From Candidatus Hydrothermota bacterium (GTDB taxonomy: Bacteria; Hydrothermota; Hydrothermia; UBA1063): a stretch of 37,138 nt of DNA. Position 1 is the first letter of the stretch, and each line of letters begins with the position of its first letter. The stretch spans positions 1 to 37,138 of the forward strand of contig QNDO01000001.1 in assembly GCA_003644895.1 (NCBI GenBank). Direction: 5' to 3'. Below, in pieces: positions 26,826-34,312 of this stretch. A program made the position numbers and the translations under genes. The notes beneath the pieces are model-generated. The model saw nothing but the letters and a program-made list of their open reading frames with translations, had not been told where the DNA came from and did no database searches.

Positions 26826-27533
26826 ATGAGTGTGAGATACAGGAGACAGGAGATTATCAAGGGATTTGATCAAAATAAACTAAAAAAAGCACATGTGGCT
26901 GTTCTAGGTTCAGGTGGACTTGGGAGTGCAGCTCTTTATTATCTGGCTGCAGCTGGAGTGGGGAAAATTAGTTTTTACGATGCAGATAAGGTCGAGGAGT
27001 CAAATCTGAATAGACAAATCTTACATTTTAGTTCTGACATCGGCAGATACAAAGTGGATTCCGCTCTCTCTAAATTAAAAGACCTTAATCCTGAAATCGA
27101 GATAGAAGGGTATTCAATAAAGATTGATTCTGAGAGTATAAAAGAAATAGGAAAACCCGACATAATAGTAGATGCTCTGGATAACTTCAAAACCAGATTT
27201 ATTCTTAACGATTACGCTGTGAAGAATAGAGTTCCTTTTTTACATGCTGCGGTAGAATCCTTGGAGGGGAGACTCTCTTTTGTAGTGCCATTTGAAACAC
27301 CCTGTTTGAGATGTATCTACAAAGCTCTCCCTCCGAGGAGAGAGATTCCAGTACTCGGAGCAACAGCAGGAATACTTGGAACCATGGAAGCCATAGAAGT
27401 GATAAAATTTTTAACTGGGATAGGGAATACATTGAAAGGTCGCATGGCGATATTCAATTTCAAAACATGGGATGTTAGAATAATATATATGGAGAGGGAC
27501 CCCCATTGTGATATTTGTGGTATGCCCCGCTAA
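26826..27533 (+). CDS. ThiF/MoeB/HesA-family E1-like adenylyltransferase
   Basis: It has the blocks RY.RQ, a nucleotide loop GSGGLGSAALYYLAAAGVG, D.D.VE.SNLNRQ, and two C-x2-C pairs (CLRC, CDIC). Confidence 0.85.
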   Translation: MSVRYRRQEIIKGFDQNKLKKAHVAVLGSGGLGSAALYYLAAAGVGKISFYDADKVEESNLNRQILHFSSDIGRYKVDSALSKLKDLNPEIEIEGYSIKIDSESIKEIGKPDIIVDALDNFKTRFILNDYAVKNRVPFLHAAVESLEGRLSFVVPFETPCLRCIYKALPPRREIPVLGATAGILGTMEAIEVIKFLTGIGNTLKGRMAIFNFKTWDVRIIYMERDPHCDICGMPR

Positions 27534-27565
27534 CATTTCTTCAACGTCAATAGTATATTATACCA

Positions 27566-27594
27566 TTGACATTTCGATAACACATAAGTATAAT
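27566..27594 (+). promoter_or_regulatory. Consensus sigma-70 promoter (TTGACA-17-TATAAT) feeding the small-ORF locus
   Basis: TTGACA lies at 27566-27571 and TATAAT at 27589-27594. The predicted start at about 27601 is 2 nt before the left arm of the 13-bp inverted repeat. Confidence 0.7.
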
Positions 27595-27602
27595 AACACT
27601 GT

Positions 27603-27615
27603 GAGGGCGCCGGTA
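27603..27615. repeat. Left arm GAGGGCGCCGGTA of a perfect 13-bp long-range inverted repeat
   Basis: This is the exact reverse complement of 27826-27838. It is GC-rich in an AT-rich spacer. Confidence 0.9.
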
Positions 27616-27647
27616 GAAGTGAAGGGTTTCTAAAAAGGAGGTGTATT

Positions 27648-27788
27648 ATGTGGCAAGTATGGATTAGTTTCATAATTTCATTAATACTGTTCATTGTAGG
27701 ACTTGTTCAGCATGTTAATATAATTTACTGGCTGGGCTTTCTCATAGTTGCCATTTTGACTCTCTGGACAGCCCTTACCAAAAAGTAA
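27648..27788 (+). CDS. 46-aa two-TM small membrane protein (hypothetical)
   Basis: My own translation gives MWQVWISFIISLILFIVGLVQHVNIIYWLGFLIVAILTLWTALTKK. A strong AAGGAGGTG SD lies 6 nt upstream. It is too short for the ORF track. Confidence 0.6.
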   Translation: MWQVWISFIISLILFIVGLVQHVNIIYWLGFLIVAILTLWTALTKK

Positions 27789-27825
27789 TTTTTGAGAATT
27801 TAGTTCCCAGAGAATTTTCCTCCCA

Positions 27826-27838
27826 TACCGGCGCCCTC
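27826..27838. repeat. Right arm TACCGGCGCCCTC of the 13-bp inverted repeat, followed by TTTAAATTTT
   Basis: This is the exact reverse complement of 27603-27615, 210 nt away. Confidence 0.9.
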
Positions 27839-27881
27839 TTTAAATTTTGAGTATTTTTATCTTCTTCATTATACTATTTTC

Positions 27882-28571
27882 ATGCCTCATACCAACCTCA
27901 AAATCGCCATTGATGGACCCGCAGGATCTGGAAAAAGTACCACAGCAAAACTTGTTGCGAAAGCTTTAGGCCTTCTTCCCATCGATACAGGTGCCATGTA
28001 TAGGGCTGTAGCCCTAAAGGTTCTAAGAGAGAAAATTGACCCTCATGATGAAGAGAAAGTGGTGGAGATTGCAGGAAAGGTAAATATAGAGCAAAAACTT
28101 GAGAATGGAGAAATTCATACATATCTAGACGGTGAGGATGTATCCACTGCCATCAGAACGCCCGAAGTAAACAACACTGTTTCTATAATCTCTGCATATC
28201 CCGGCGTAAGGAAAAAGATGGTGGAATTACAACGGAAATTGGCAAAAGCAGGAGGAGTTGTGCTGGAAGGAAGAGATATTGGAACTGTTGTTTTACCTGA
28301 TGCAGACTTGAAGGTTTATATGATAGCATCTCTTGAGGAAAGAGTCAGGAGAAGGTTGAAGGAGTTAAAGGAAAAGGGCATGGATGTGAGTCTTGAGGAT
28401 GTAAAGCAGGAGATTCTTATGAGGGACGAAATGGACTCAAAAAGAGAATACTCCCCCTTGAAAATTCCAGAAGATGCTTTTATACTGGATACCACCAATC
28501 TTACGGTGGAAGAACAGGTAGAAAAAATTCTAAAGGAGGTAGAAAGGCGCTTCGGCCTAAAGAGGAGATGA
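27882..28571 (+). CDS. cmk: Cytidylate kinase
   Basis: It has the blocks IAIDGPAGSGKST.AK.VA..LG....DTGAMYRA, EGRDIGTVV.PDA..K.Y..AS.E.R..RR, and RD..D..R..SPL. Confidence 0.93.
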   Translation: MPHTNLKIAIDGPAGSGKSTTAKLVAKALGLLPIDTGAMYRAVALKVLREKIDPHDEEKVVEIAGKVNIEQKLENGEIHTYLDGEDVSTAIRTPEVNNTVSIISAYPGVRKKMVELQRKLAKAGGVVLEGRDIGTVVLPDADLKVYMIASLEERVRRRLKELKEKGMDVSLEDVKQEILMRDEMDSKREYSPLKIPEDAFILDTTNLTVEEQVEKILKEVERRFGLKRR

Positions 28572-29176
28572 GTTTCAAATGGAAACTCGCAAGGATATTA
28601 TTATATTTACCTTTCAAAATATTGTTCCGTTATAAAATTATTGGCAAGAAAAATATTCCACTAAGAGGACCGGTAATAATTTGTCCCAATCATACCTCTT
28701 TCTGGGATCCACCACTGGTAGGATGGGCTTCACCCAGAGAAGTGTATTTTTTAGCCAAAAAAGAACTTTTCACCACGTATAAGATTTTTGGAAAATTTAT
28801 AGAGTTTTACAACTCTATTCCTATAGACAGGAGCAGTTCTACTCAAGCTGTAAAAAAGGCAGTGGAGTTATTAAATGAAGGAAAAGCAGTGGTTATCTTT
28901 CCCGAGGGCACAAGAAACAGAACTAAAAATAAATTGTTGTTACCTCTTAAAAAGGGAGCGACAATGATTGCACTTAAAGCTAAAGCTCCAGTGATTCCTG
29001 CTTTCCTTTTTGAGAGCAAGGGAAGCTACTGGGATTGGATTCTGGGTAAGAGGGAGCTTAAAATAAGGTTCGGGAAGCCAATTTTTACCTATAATCTTGA
29101 ATACAATAAAGAGAATATAAATTATCTTACCAGAGAGCTGGAAGTAAGAATGAGGGAGTTGTATGCCAGAGGTTAA
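28568..29176 (+). CDS. plsC: 1-acyl-sn-glycerol-3-phosphate acyltransferase family protein
   Basis: It has the H-x4-D motif (PNHTSFWDP), the FPEGTR block, and an N-terminal hydrophobic segment. It has an ATGA overlap with cmk. Confidence 0.85.
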   Translation: MSFKWKLARILLYLPFKILFRYKIIGKKNIPLRGPVIICPNHTSFWDPPLVGWASPREVYFLAKKELFTTYKIFGKFIEFYNSIPIDRSSSTQAVKKAVELLNEGKAVVIFPEGTRNRTKNKLLLPLKKGATMIALKAKAPVIPAFLFESKGSYWDWILGKRELKIRFGKPIFTYNLEYNKENINYLTRELEVRMRELYARG

Positions 29177-30044
29177 GCTTGCATCTGAATACGGTTTCTG
29201 TTATGGAGTTGAACGGGCTTTAGAGATAGTGGAGAAGATGAGAAAAAAGGGAGTGGAATTTGATACCCTCGGTCCTATTATTCATAATCCACAGGTAGTT
29301 GCTGAACTTGAGAAGAAAGGAATAAAAGCGGTGGAAAGGATCTATGATACCCCTAAACCTTATATTCTTATTAGAACCCACGGCGTTCCTCCCAATGTGT
29401 ATAAAGAAGCAGAGAAGCTGGGTAAAAAGATTATTGATGCCACCTGTCCTTTTGTTGCCAATGCGCAGAAAATGGCCAGAAAGTTCCAGGATGAGGGATA
29501 TCTTGTTGTAGTTGTGGGTAAACAACATCACCCGGAGGTTAAAGGGATTGTAGGGAACACGAACGGAAAGGCAATTGTAGTGGGTTCAGGAGAGGAAGCG
29601 AAAAAGGTAGATGTGAGGGGGAAAAAAGTAGGAGTAGTAGCACAAACAACCGTGAGACTGGACCTGGTGCAGGAAGTGATAAGTGAGTTCCTCGAAGACG
29701 CAAAAGAGGTGCGGTTCGCAAATACAAGGTGCAATACCACTCAGAAAAGGCAGGATGAAACCCGAGAGATGGCAAAAGAAGTGGATGTGATGGTTATTGT
29801 GGGTGGGAAGAATAGCTCCAATACGCGGAGACTGTATGAGATTGCAGCGAAAAATTGTAAAAGAGCTTATCATATTGAAAAAAAAGATGAATTAAGGAAA
29901 GAATGGTTTTATAATATAGATAAAGTTGGAGTCACAGGAGGGGCATCTACACCTCCTGAGATTGTGAGAGAGGTATATGAGGAGATAAAAAAAATTCTTT
30001 TTAAAGGAGGTACTTATGGAGGAGAGAAAGGTGATGGAGAATAA
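29163..30044 (+). CDS. ispH: 4-hydroxy-3-methylbut-2-enyl diphosphate reductase
   Basis: It has the LytB blocks GFCYGVERA, GPIIHNPQVV, DATCPFV, HPEV.G, AQTT, NT.C..T..RQ, and VVGG.NSSNT.RL. Confidence 0.92.
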   Translation: MPEVKLASEYGFCYGVERALEIVEKMRKKGVEFDTLGPIIHNPQVVAELEKKGIKAVERIYDTPKPYILIRTHGVPPNVYKEAEKLGKKIIDATCPFVANAQKMARKFQDEGYLVVVVGKQHHPEVKGIVGNTNGKAIVVGSGEEAKKVDVRGKKVGVVAQTTVRLDLVQEVISEFLEDAKEVRFANTRCNTTQKRQDETREMAKEVDVMVIVGGKNSSNTRRLYEIAAKNCKRAYHIEKKDELRKEWFYNIDKVGVTGGASTPPEIVREVYEEIKKILFKGGTYGGEKGDGE

Positions 30045-31713
30045 TGAATTTGAATCCATGCTACAGGAGGCATTGAAAATTCCCCGAGAGGGTGAGATAG
30101 TGAAGGGGGTGGTAGTTAAAGTAACACCCCAGGAAGTATATATTGATATAGGATCAAAATCGGAAGGTGTTGCACCAAGGTATGAATTCAAAAACCCTGA
30201 TTTAAAACCCGGTGATGAAGTTTTTGTGTATATAGATACTTTAGATGGCAGAGATGGACGAACCATTGTTTCCAAGCACAAAGCAGATTTCCTCATGGCG
30301 TGGGATAGAATTAAAGATGCCTACCAGAATAATGAGACAGTAGATGCAAAAGTCCTCAGACAGGTGAAGGGGGGGTTAATAGTAGACGTTTTCGGTGTGG
30401 ATGCATTCCTTCCGGGATCTCAACTTGATGTCAAGAAGGTCAAAAGTATTCCTGCTTTTGTGGGAAAGAATATAAAAGTGAAGGTAATAAAATTAAACAA
30501 AGCTAGGAAAAACATAGTAGTATCAAGGAAAGAAGTAATAGAGGAAGAGATAGAAAAGCAGAGAGAGAGATTGCTTGGTATAAAACCTGGAGAGATCCTG
30601 GAGGGTGTTGTCAAAAATATTACAGACTTTGGAGTATTTGTTGATCTTGGAGGAGTAGATGGTCTTATACATATCTCTGATCTCTCTTGGACCAAGATAA
30701 ATCATCCAGATCAGGTTCTCAAAGTGGGGGACAAAGTAAAGGTTAAGGTTCTGGAAGTGGACCCCCAAAATCTTAAACTTTCACTGGGATACAAGCAGCT
30801 ACAGCCTCATCCATGGGAGGCAGTTGCTAAGAAGTACCCCATAGGCTCCATTGTGAAGGGTATAGTGAAGCGTATTGTGGATTATGGAGTTTTTGTAGAA
30901 CTTGAGTCCGGAGTTGAAGGCCTGGTACATATTACTGAGATGAAATGGGGCAAACCGCCGGCTCATCCATCTGAACTGGTAAAAGAGGGAGATAAGGTTA
31001 ACGTGGTGGTTTTGAATGTGGAAGTGGAAAAACAGAGAATTTCACTGGGTATGAAACAGGCGGTTCCGGATCCCTGGTCCCTCATTGAAGAAAAATATCC
31101 TGTGGGTTCTGTGGTTAAGGGGGTTGTTAAAGACTTTGGAAATTACGGAGCTTATATTGAGATTGAAGAGGGAATCGAAGGATTTCTGCACATCGGCGAT
31201 ATTTCATGGACCAAGAGATTCAAGTCGCCTGAAGAGGCTTTAAGAAAAGGTCAAAGATTGAGACTCAAGGTTTTAAACATTGATAAAAGAGATCGCTTTC
31301 TCGAACTGGGATTGAAACAGCTCAGGCCCAGCCCATGGGACGAAATCATTAAAAGGTTGCAGCCTGGTACAGACCTTAAGGCAGAGATCGTGGAAGTAGG
31401 AGAAAGAGGAGTTATTGTGGAGGTAGATAAAGGACTTGATGGTTTCGTACCTGCTTCACAACTTCAGAAGAAAGGTTCTCCAAAGGAAAATTACAAAATT
31501 GGTGAGGAACTTAACCTTAAGGTGCTACGAGTGGAGCCCCAGCGGAAGAGGGTGTTGCTGTCTGAAAGAGAATTTTATCGGGCTGAAGAAAAGGCGGAAA
31601 TTGCCAAATTCAAATCTGAGCCTGCAAAGATAAACCTGGGCGAGATATTAAAAGCAGAGCTCGAAAAATTAGAAGAATTACAAAGCCAGACAGAGGAGGG
31701 GGAGGGGCAATAA
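30016..31713 (+). CDS. rpsA: 30S ribosomal protein S1 (six S1 domains)
   Basis: 565 aa with repeated S1 OB-fold units (G..V.G.V......G..VD.G...G..H.S). An AAAGGAGGT SD lies 5 nt upstream of the ATG at 30016, which overlaps the ispH 3' end by 29 nt. Confidence 0.93.
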   Translation: MEERKVMENNEFESMLQEALKIPREGEIVKGVVVKVTPQEVYIDIGSKSEGVAPRYEFKNPDLKPGDEVFVYIDTLDGRDGRTIVSKHKADFLMAWDRIKDAYQNNETVDAKVLRQVKGGLIVDVFGVDAFLPGSQLDVKKVKSIPAFVGKNIKVKVIKLNKARKNIVVSRKEVIEEEIEKQRERLLGIKPGEILEGVVKNITDFGVFVDLGGVDGLIHISDLSWTKINHPDQVLKVGDKVKVKVLEVDPQNLKLSLGYKQLQPHPWEAVAKKYPIGSIVKGIVKRIVDYGVFVELESGVEGLVHITEMKWGKPPAHPSELVKEGDKVNVVVLNVEVEKQRISLGMKQAVPDPWSLIEEKYPVGSVVKGVVKDFGNYGAYIEIEEGIEGFLHIGDISWTKRFKSPEEALRKGQRLRLKVLNIDKRDRFLELGLKQLRPSPWDEIIKRLQPGTDLKAEIVEVGERGVIVEVDKGLDGFVPASQLQKKGSPKENYKIGEELNLKVLRVEPQRKRVLLSEREFYRAEEKAEIAKFKSEPAKINLGEILKAELEKLEELQSQTEEGEGQ

Positions 31714-31724
31714 GCTCCCCCTCC
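31695..31724 (+). other. Perfect 10-bp G/C-rich hairpin (GGAGGGGGAG-n10-CTCCCCCTCC) spanning the rpsA stop codon
   Basis: Read directly. No U-tract follows, so it is not a canonical intrinsic terminator. It ends 1 nt before the first plausible mtaB codon. Confidence 0.6.
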
Positions 31725-32933
31725 ATATTCATAAAAACCTTTGGCTGCCGTTTAAATCAGTATTATACTGATTTACTACTCAACGCCTTTTATTTAAGCG
31801 GATATTCACAATCTTATGATCCTGAAACTGCAGACTACATTGTAATAAACAGTTGTGTTGTTACGCACAGGGCAGAGAGGGATACAAGGAAGTGGATAAA
31901 TAGAATTAAAAGAATAAATCCAGGGGCTAAGATTATAATTACTGGTTGTTTCCCTTTCTATAAAAAGATTGAGAATGAAAATATCTGGTTCCAAGGTTCT
32001 CCCGGTGAATTAATTGAATATCTAAAGCTTGAGAATCCTCAGTACCTCCGATTTCCTTTGTATCATGTGAGGGCAAATGTGAAGGTTCAAGAGGGGTGCA
32101 ATTTCAGATGTTCTTATTGTATTGTGCCGAAAACTAGAGGAAAGTCCAGATCAAGACCTCAGGGAGAAATCCTACAAGAGATAGAGTCACTGGTTAACAA
32201 TGGTGTTTCAGAAATTGTAATAACAGGGACCCAGACTGGAGAATGGGGGAGGGAATGGAAAAAAAATCTTGCGGATCTTCTTGAGGAGATAATCGCTAGA
32301 TTCCCTAGACTCAGAATCCGACTCTCTTCCATATCCCCCATTCATATAGATGAAGGGATCATTGAATTATTAGAGAAGGGGAAAATTTTGCCCCATTTAC
32401 ATCTTCCCATTCAGTCAGGGTCCCCCCGGATTTTAAGAATAATGCGGAGGCCATACACCCTTGACAAGTATCTGGGGCTTGTGGAGACACTCTTCCAGAA
32501 AGTTCCTGATATTGCCGTGGGTACAGACGTTATCGTCGGTTTTCCGGGGGAAAGTGATGAAGATTTCCAGACCGCCATGGAGACTCTGAAAAAAATACCT
32601 TATGCATACATGCATGTATTTGAGTTCTCACGAAGACCTGGAACCGAGGCCTATCAGATGGAGCCCGTTCCAACACACATTGTAAGGATGAGGAAAGATA
32701 TATTGCTAGAGATTGCCAGAGAAAAGAGAAGAAGATATATTGAAAAATTTCTCAGAAGACAAATAGACGGAGTCGTAGAAAAGAGGTCAGACGGATGGTA
32801 TCATGTAACAACAGGGAATTATCTCAAACTCATTGTGACAGATAAATATAAGCTGAATTGTGGTGGAGTTTATCAGTTTTTACTTAAAAAAATGTATCCG
32901 GATTTCAAAATTGAGGCTATTCCTTCTCACTGA
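31725..32933 (+). CDS. mtaB: MtaB/MiaB-family radical-SAM methylthiotransferase; 5' boundary unresolved (no canonical start codon)
   Basis: One open frame runs from 31620 to 32933. It encodes the N-terminal MTTase domain with its three Cys (FGCRLNQY, INSCVV, ITGCFP), a radical SAM CNFRCSYC motif, and a TRAM-like C-terminus. The first ATG/GTG/TTG in frame is only at 32058. The start given here is the ATA at 31725 and is provisional. Confidence 0.65.
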   Translation: MFIKTFGCRLNQYYTDLLLNAFYLSGYSQSYDPETADYIVINSCVVTHRAERDTRKWINRIKRINPGAKIIITGCFPFYKKIENENIWFQGSPGELIEYLKLENPQYLRFPLYHVRANVKVQEGCNFRCSYCIVPKTRGKSRSRPQGEILQEIESLVNNGVSEIVITGTQTGEWGREWKKNLADLLEEIIARFPRLRIRLSSISPIHIDEGIIELLEKGKILPHLHLPIQSGSPRILRIMRRPYTLDKYLGLVETLFQKVPDIAVGTDVIVGFPGESDEDFQTAMETLKKIPYAYMHVFEFSRRPGTEAYQMEPVPTHIVRMRKDILLEIAREKRRRYIEKFLRRQIDGVVEKRSDGWYHVTTGNYLKLIVTDKYKLNCGGVYQFLLKKMYPDFKIEAIPSH

Positions 32934-34302
32934 AATGGACCGTTTCGTATATGTAAAATATGCAGCTCTCCTTCCATCCATCCTTAGGTAAACCAGCCTT
33001 TAAAGAAAGATACTGAAGAGTGACTGTTTTATTCCAGTTCTGCTCAAGGGGCACTTCGGGTAAAAAAGTGGCCTCATGAAGGCCCTTAATCATTATGATG
33101 CCATGTTTACCAGGTATATAATTTTTTATATCATCTATTTTGCGAGGAGGATATAGATATACAGAGATTTCTATGGAAATGGAATTTAACTCCTCGGGTC
33201 TGAGGGGAGAGAAACGAGGGTCCTGAAAGGCAGCTGCTCGCGCCATTTTCTGTACAGTGATATAAAGAGGGTCGCTGCTCTTATGTATACCAATACAACC
33301 TCTGAGTTGAGAGTTTTTTCTCAGAGTCACAAATACTCCTCGTTTTTCAAGCAGCCTGGGATCTGAAGGTTTTTCTCTCACAATATCCTTCCCTTCAAAT
33401 GCTCTTTTTATGGATTCTCTCGCAAGATTTAAAAGGAATTTTTTTTCCCTTTCGTTAAAGAATTCCCTATAAAATACGATAGAGGCATACCCCACAACTT
33501 CTCTTCTACCCCCTGCTGTATCTCCTGAATTGAGATAGAGGAGTTTTTTGGCTTTTAGATTACCTCTCAATTCTCTTATCTTCAAGGCAATAAGAGTAGG
33601 GAAGAAACCGCATAGTTCAATTTTTTTCTCTTTAAAACGATTCAAAAACACCTGCGGATCTCCCTCTATGATGGTTTTAATCGTAAAAGAATCTATCTTT
33701 TTGGCGATTTCATACGATTTATAATGAGAAAGATCGGTACTCACCAGAATTAAATAATTTTTGCCTTTGAGTAATTCTACGAGAGAGTGAGCAAACTCGT
33801 TGGCCTCTGCCATATTGATACTCCCGACAAGAAAAGGCAAAATCCTGAAGTCCTTTAGCACATATTGCAGGAAAGGAAGCTGTACTTCAATTGAGTGTTC
33901 CGGGAGGTGTGCCTCCTTTATGAAATTTACAAACTTCAATTTGAGTATCTTCTCTCCTAAATTTTTTTCAACTTCTACATTACCAAGGGGAGTTCTATAG
34001 AAATCAAAGAGTCCCACAGAGATTCCCCTTAAAGGATAATAGTGAGCCGGAGCCAGTATAACTACAAGATCATAATCGTCTCCCTGTATTTCTCTGTAGC
34101 TTTGGGCAGCTACTTTTCCCGAATATATGTAACCAGCATGAGGTGAGAATAATATCTCCGGTTTACCTCCTAGTGGGATATACTGTGTTGATTCAATAAG
34201 CTGTGAAACAACTTTAAAGAGTTCTTCTCTTTGCTCCGGATAAAATCTCCCTGCTTGGGCGGGTTCTCTCAAAAGAAAACTTATTATCATCAACCAGAAC
34301 AT
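32917..34302 (-). CDS. Fused AmmeMemoRadiSam system protein B (Memo-like) and protein A (AMMECR1 domain)
   Basis: The N-terminal half has AGRFYP, SPHAGYIYSG, EHSIEVQLPFLQ and STDLSHY (Memo family). The C-terminal half has GVFVTL, QLRGCIG, DPRF.PL and ATFLPEV (AMMECR1). I prefer the ATG at 34302 (GGAGG 7 nt upstream) over the track start at 34362. Confidence 0.85.
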   Translation of the reverse strand: MFWLMIISFLLREPAQAGRFYPEQREELFKVVSQLIESTQYIPLGGKPEILFSPHAGYIYSGKVAAQSYREIQGDDYDLVVILAPAHYYPLRGISVGLFDFYRTPLGNVEVEKNLGEKILKLKFVNFIKEAHLPEHSIEVQLPFLQYVLKDFRILPFLVGSINMAEANEFAHSLVELLKGKNYLILVSTDLSHYKSYEIAKKIDSFTIKTIIEGDPQVFLNRFKEKKIELCGFFPTLIALKIRELRGNLKAKKLLYLNSGDTAGGRREVVGYASIVFYREFFNEREKKFLLNLARESIKRAFEGKDIVREKPSDPRLLEKRGVFVTLRKNSQLRGCIGIHKSSDPLYITVQKMARAAAFQDPRFSPLRPEELNSISIEISVYLYPPRKIDDIKNYIPGKHGIIMIKGLHEATFLPEVPLEQNWNKTVTLQYLSLKAGLPKDGWKESCIFYIYETVHFSEKE

Positions 34303-34312
34303 GATAAACCTC

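Noticed and set aside
29892-30296. This is a 134-aa minus-strand ORF across the ispH/rpsA junction. Similar minus-strand ORFs lie at 29220-29873.
   Set aside because: These ORFs are antisense to strongly supported ispH and rpsA. They are Ser/Pro/Leu-rich with no recognisable domain or ribosome-binding site.
31620-31713. I considered a programmed -1 frameshift fusing S1 to the MtaB-like protein, because the mtaB frame is open across the last 31 rpsA codons and a hairpin follows.
   Set aside because: No X-XXY-YYZ slippery heptamer occurs in the rpsA frame in this stretch, and the hairpin overlaps rather than follows any candidate slip site. I kept it only as a minor alternative in the mtaB finding.
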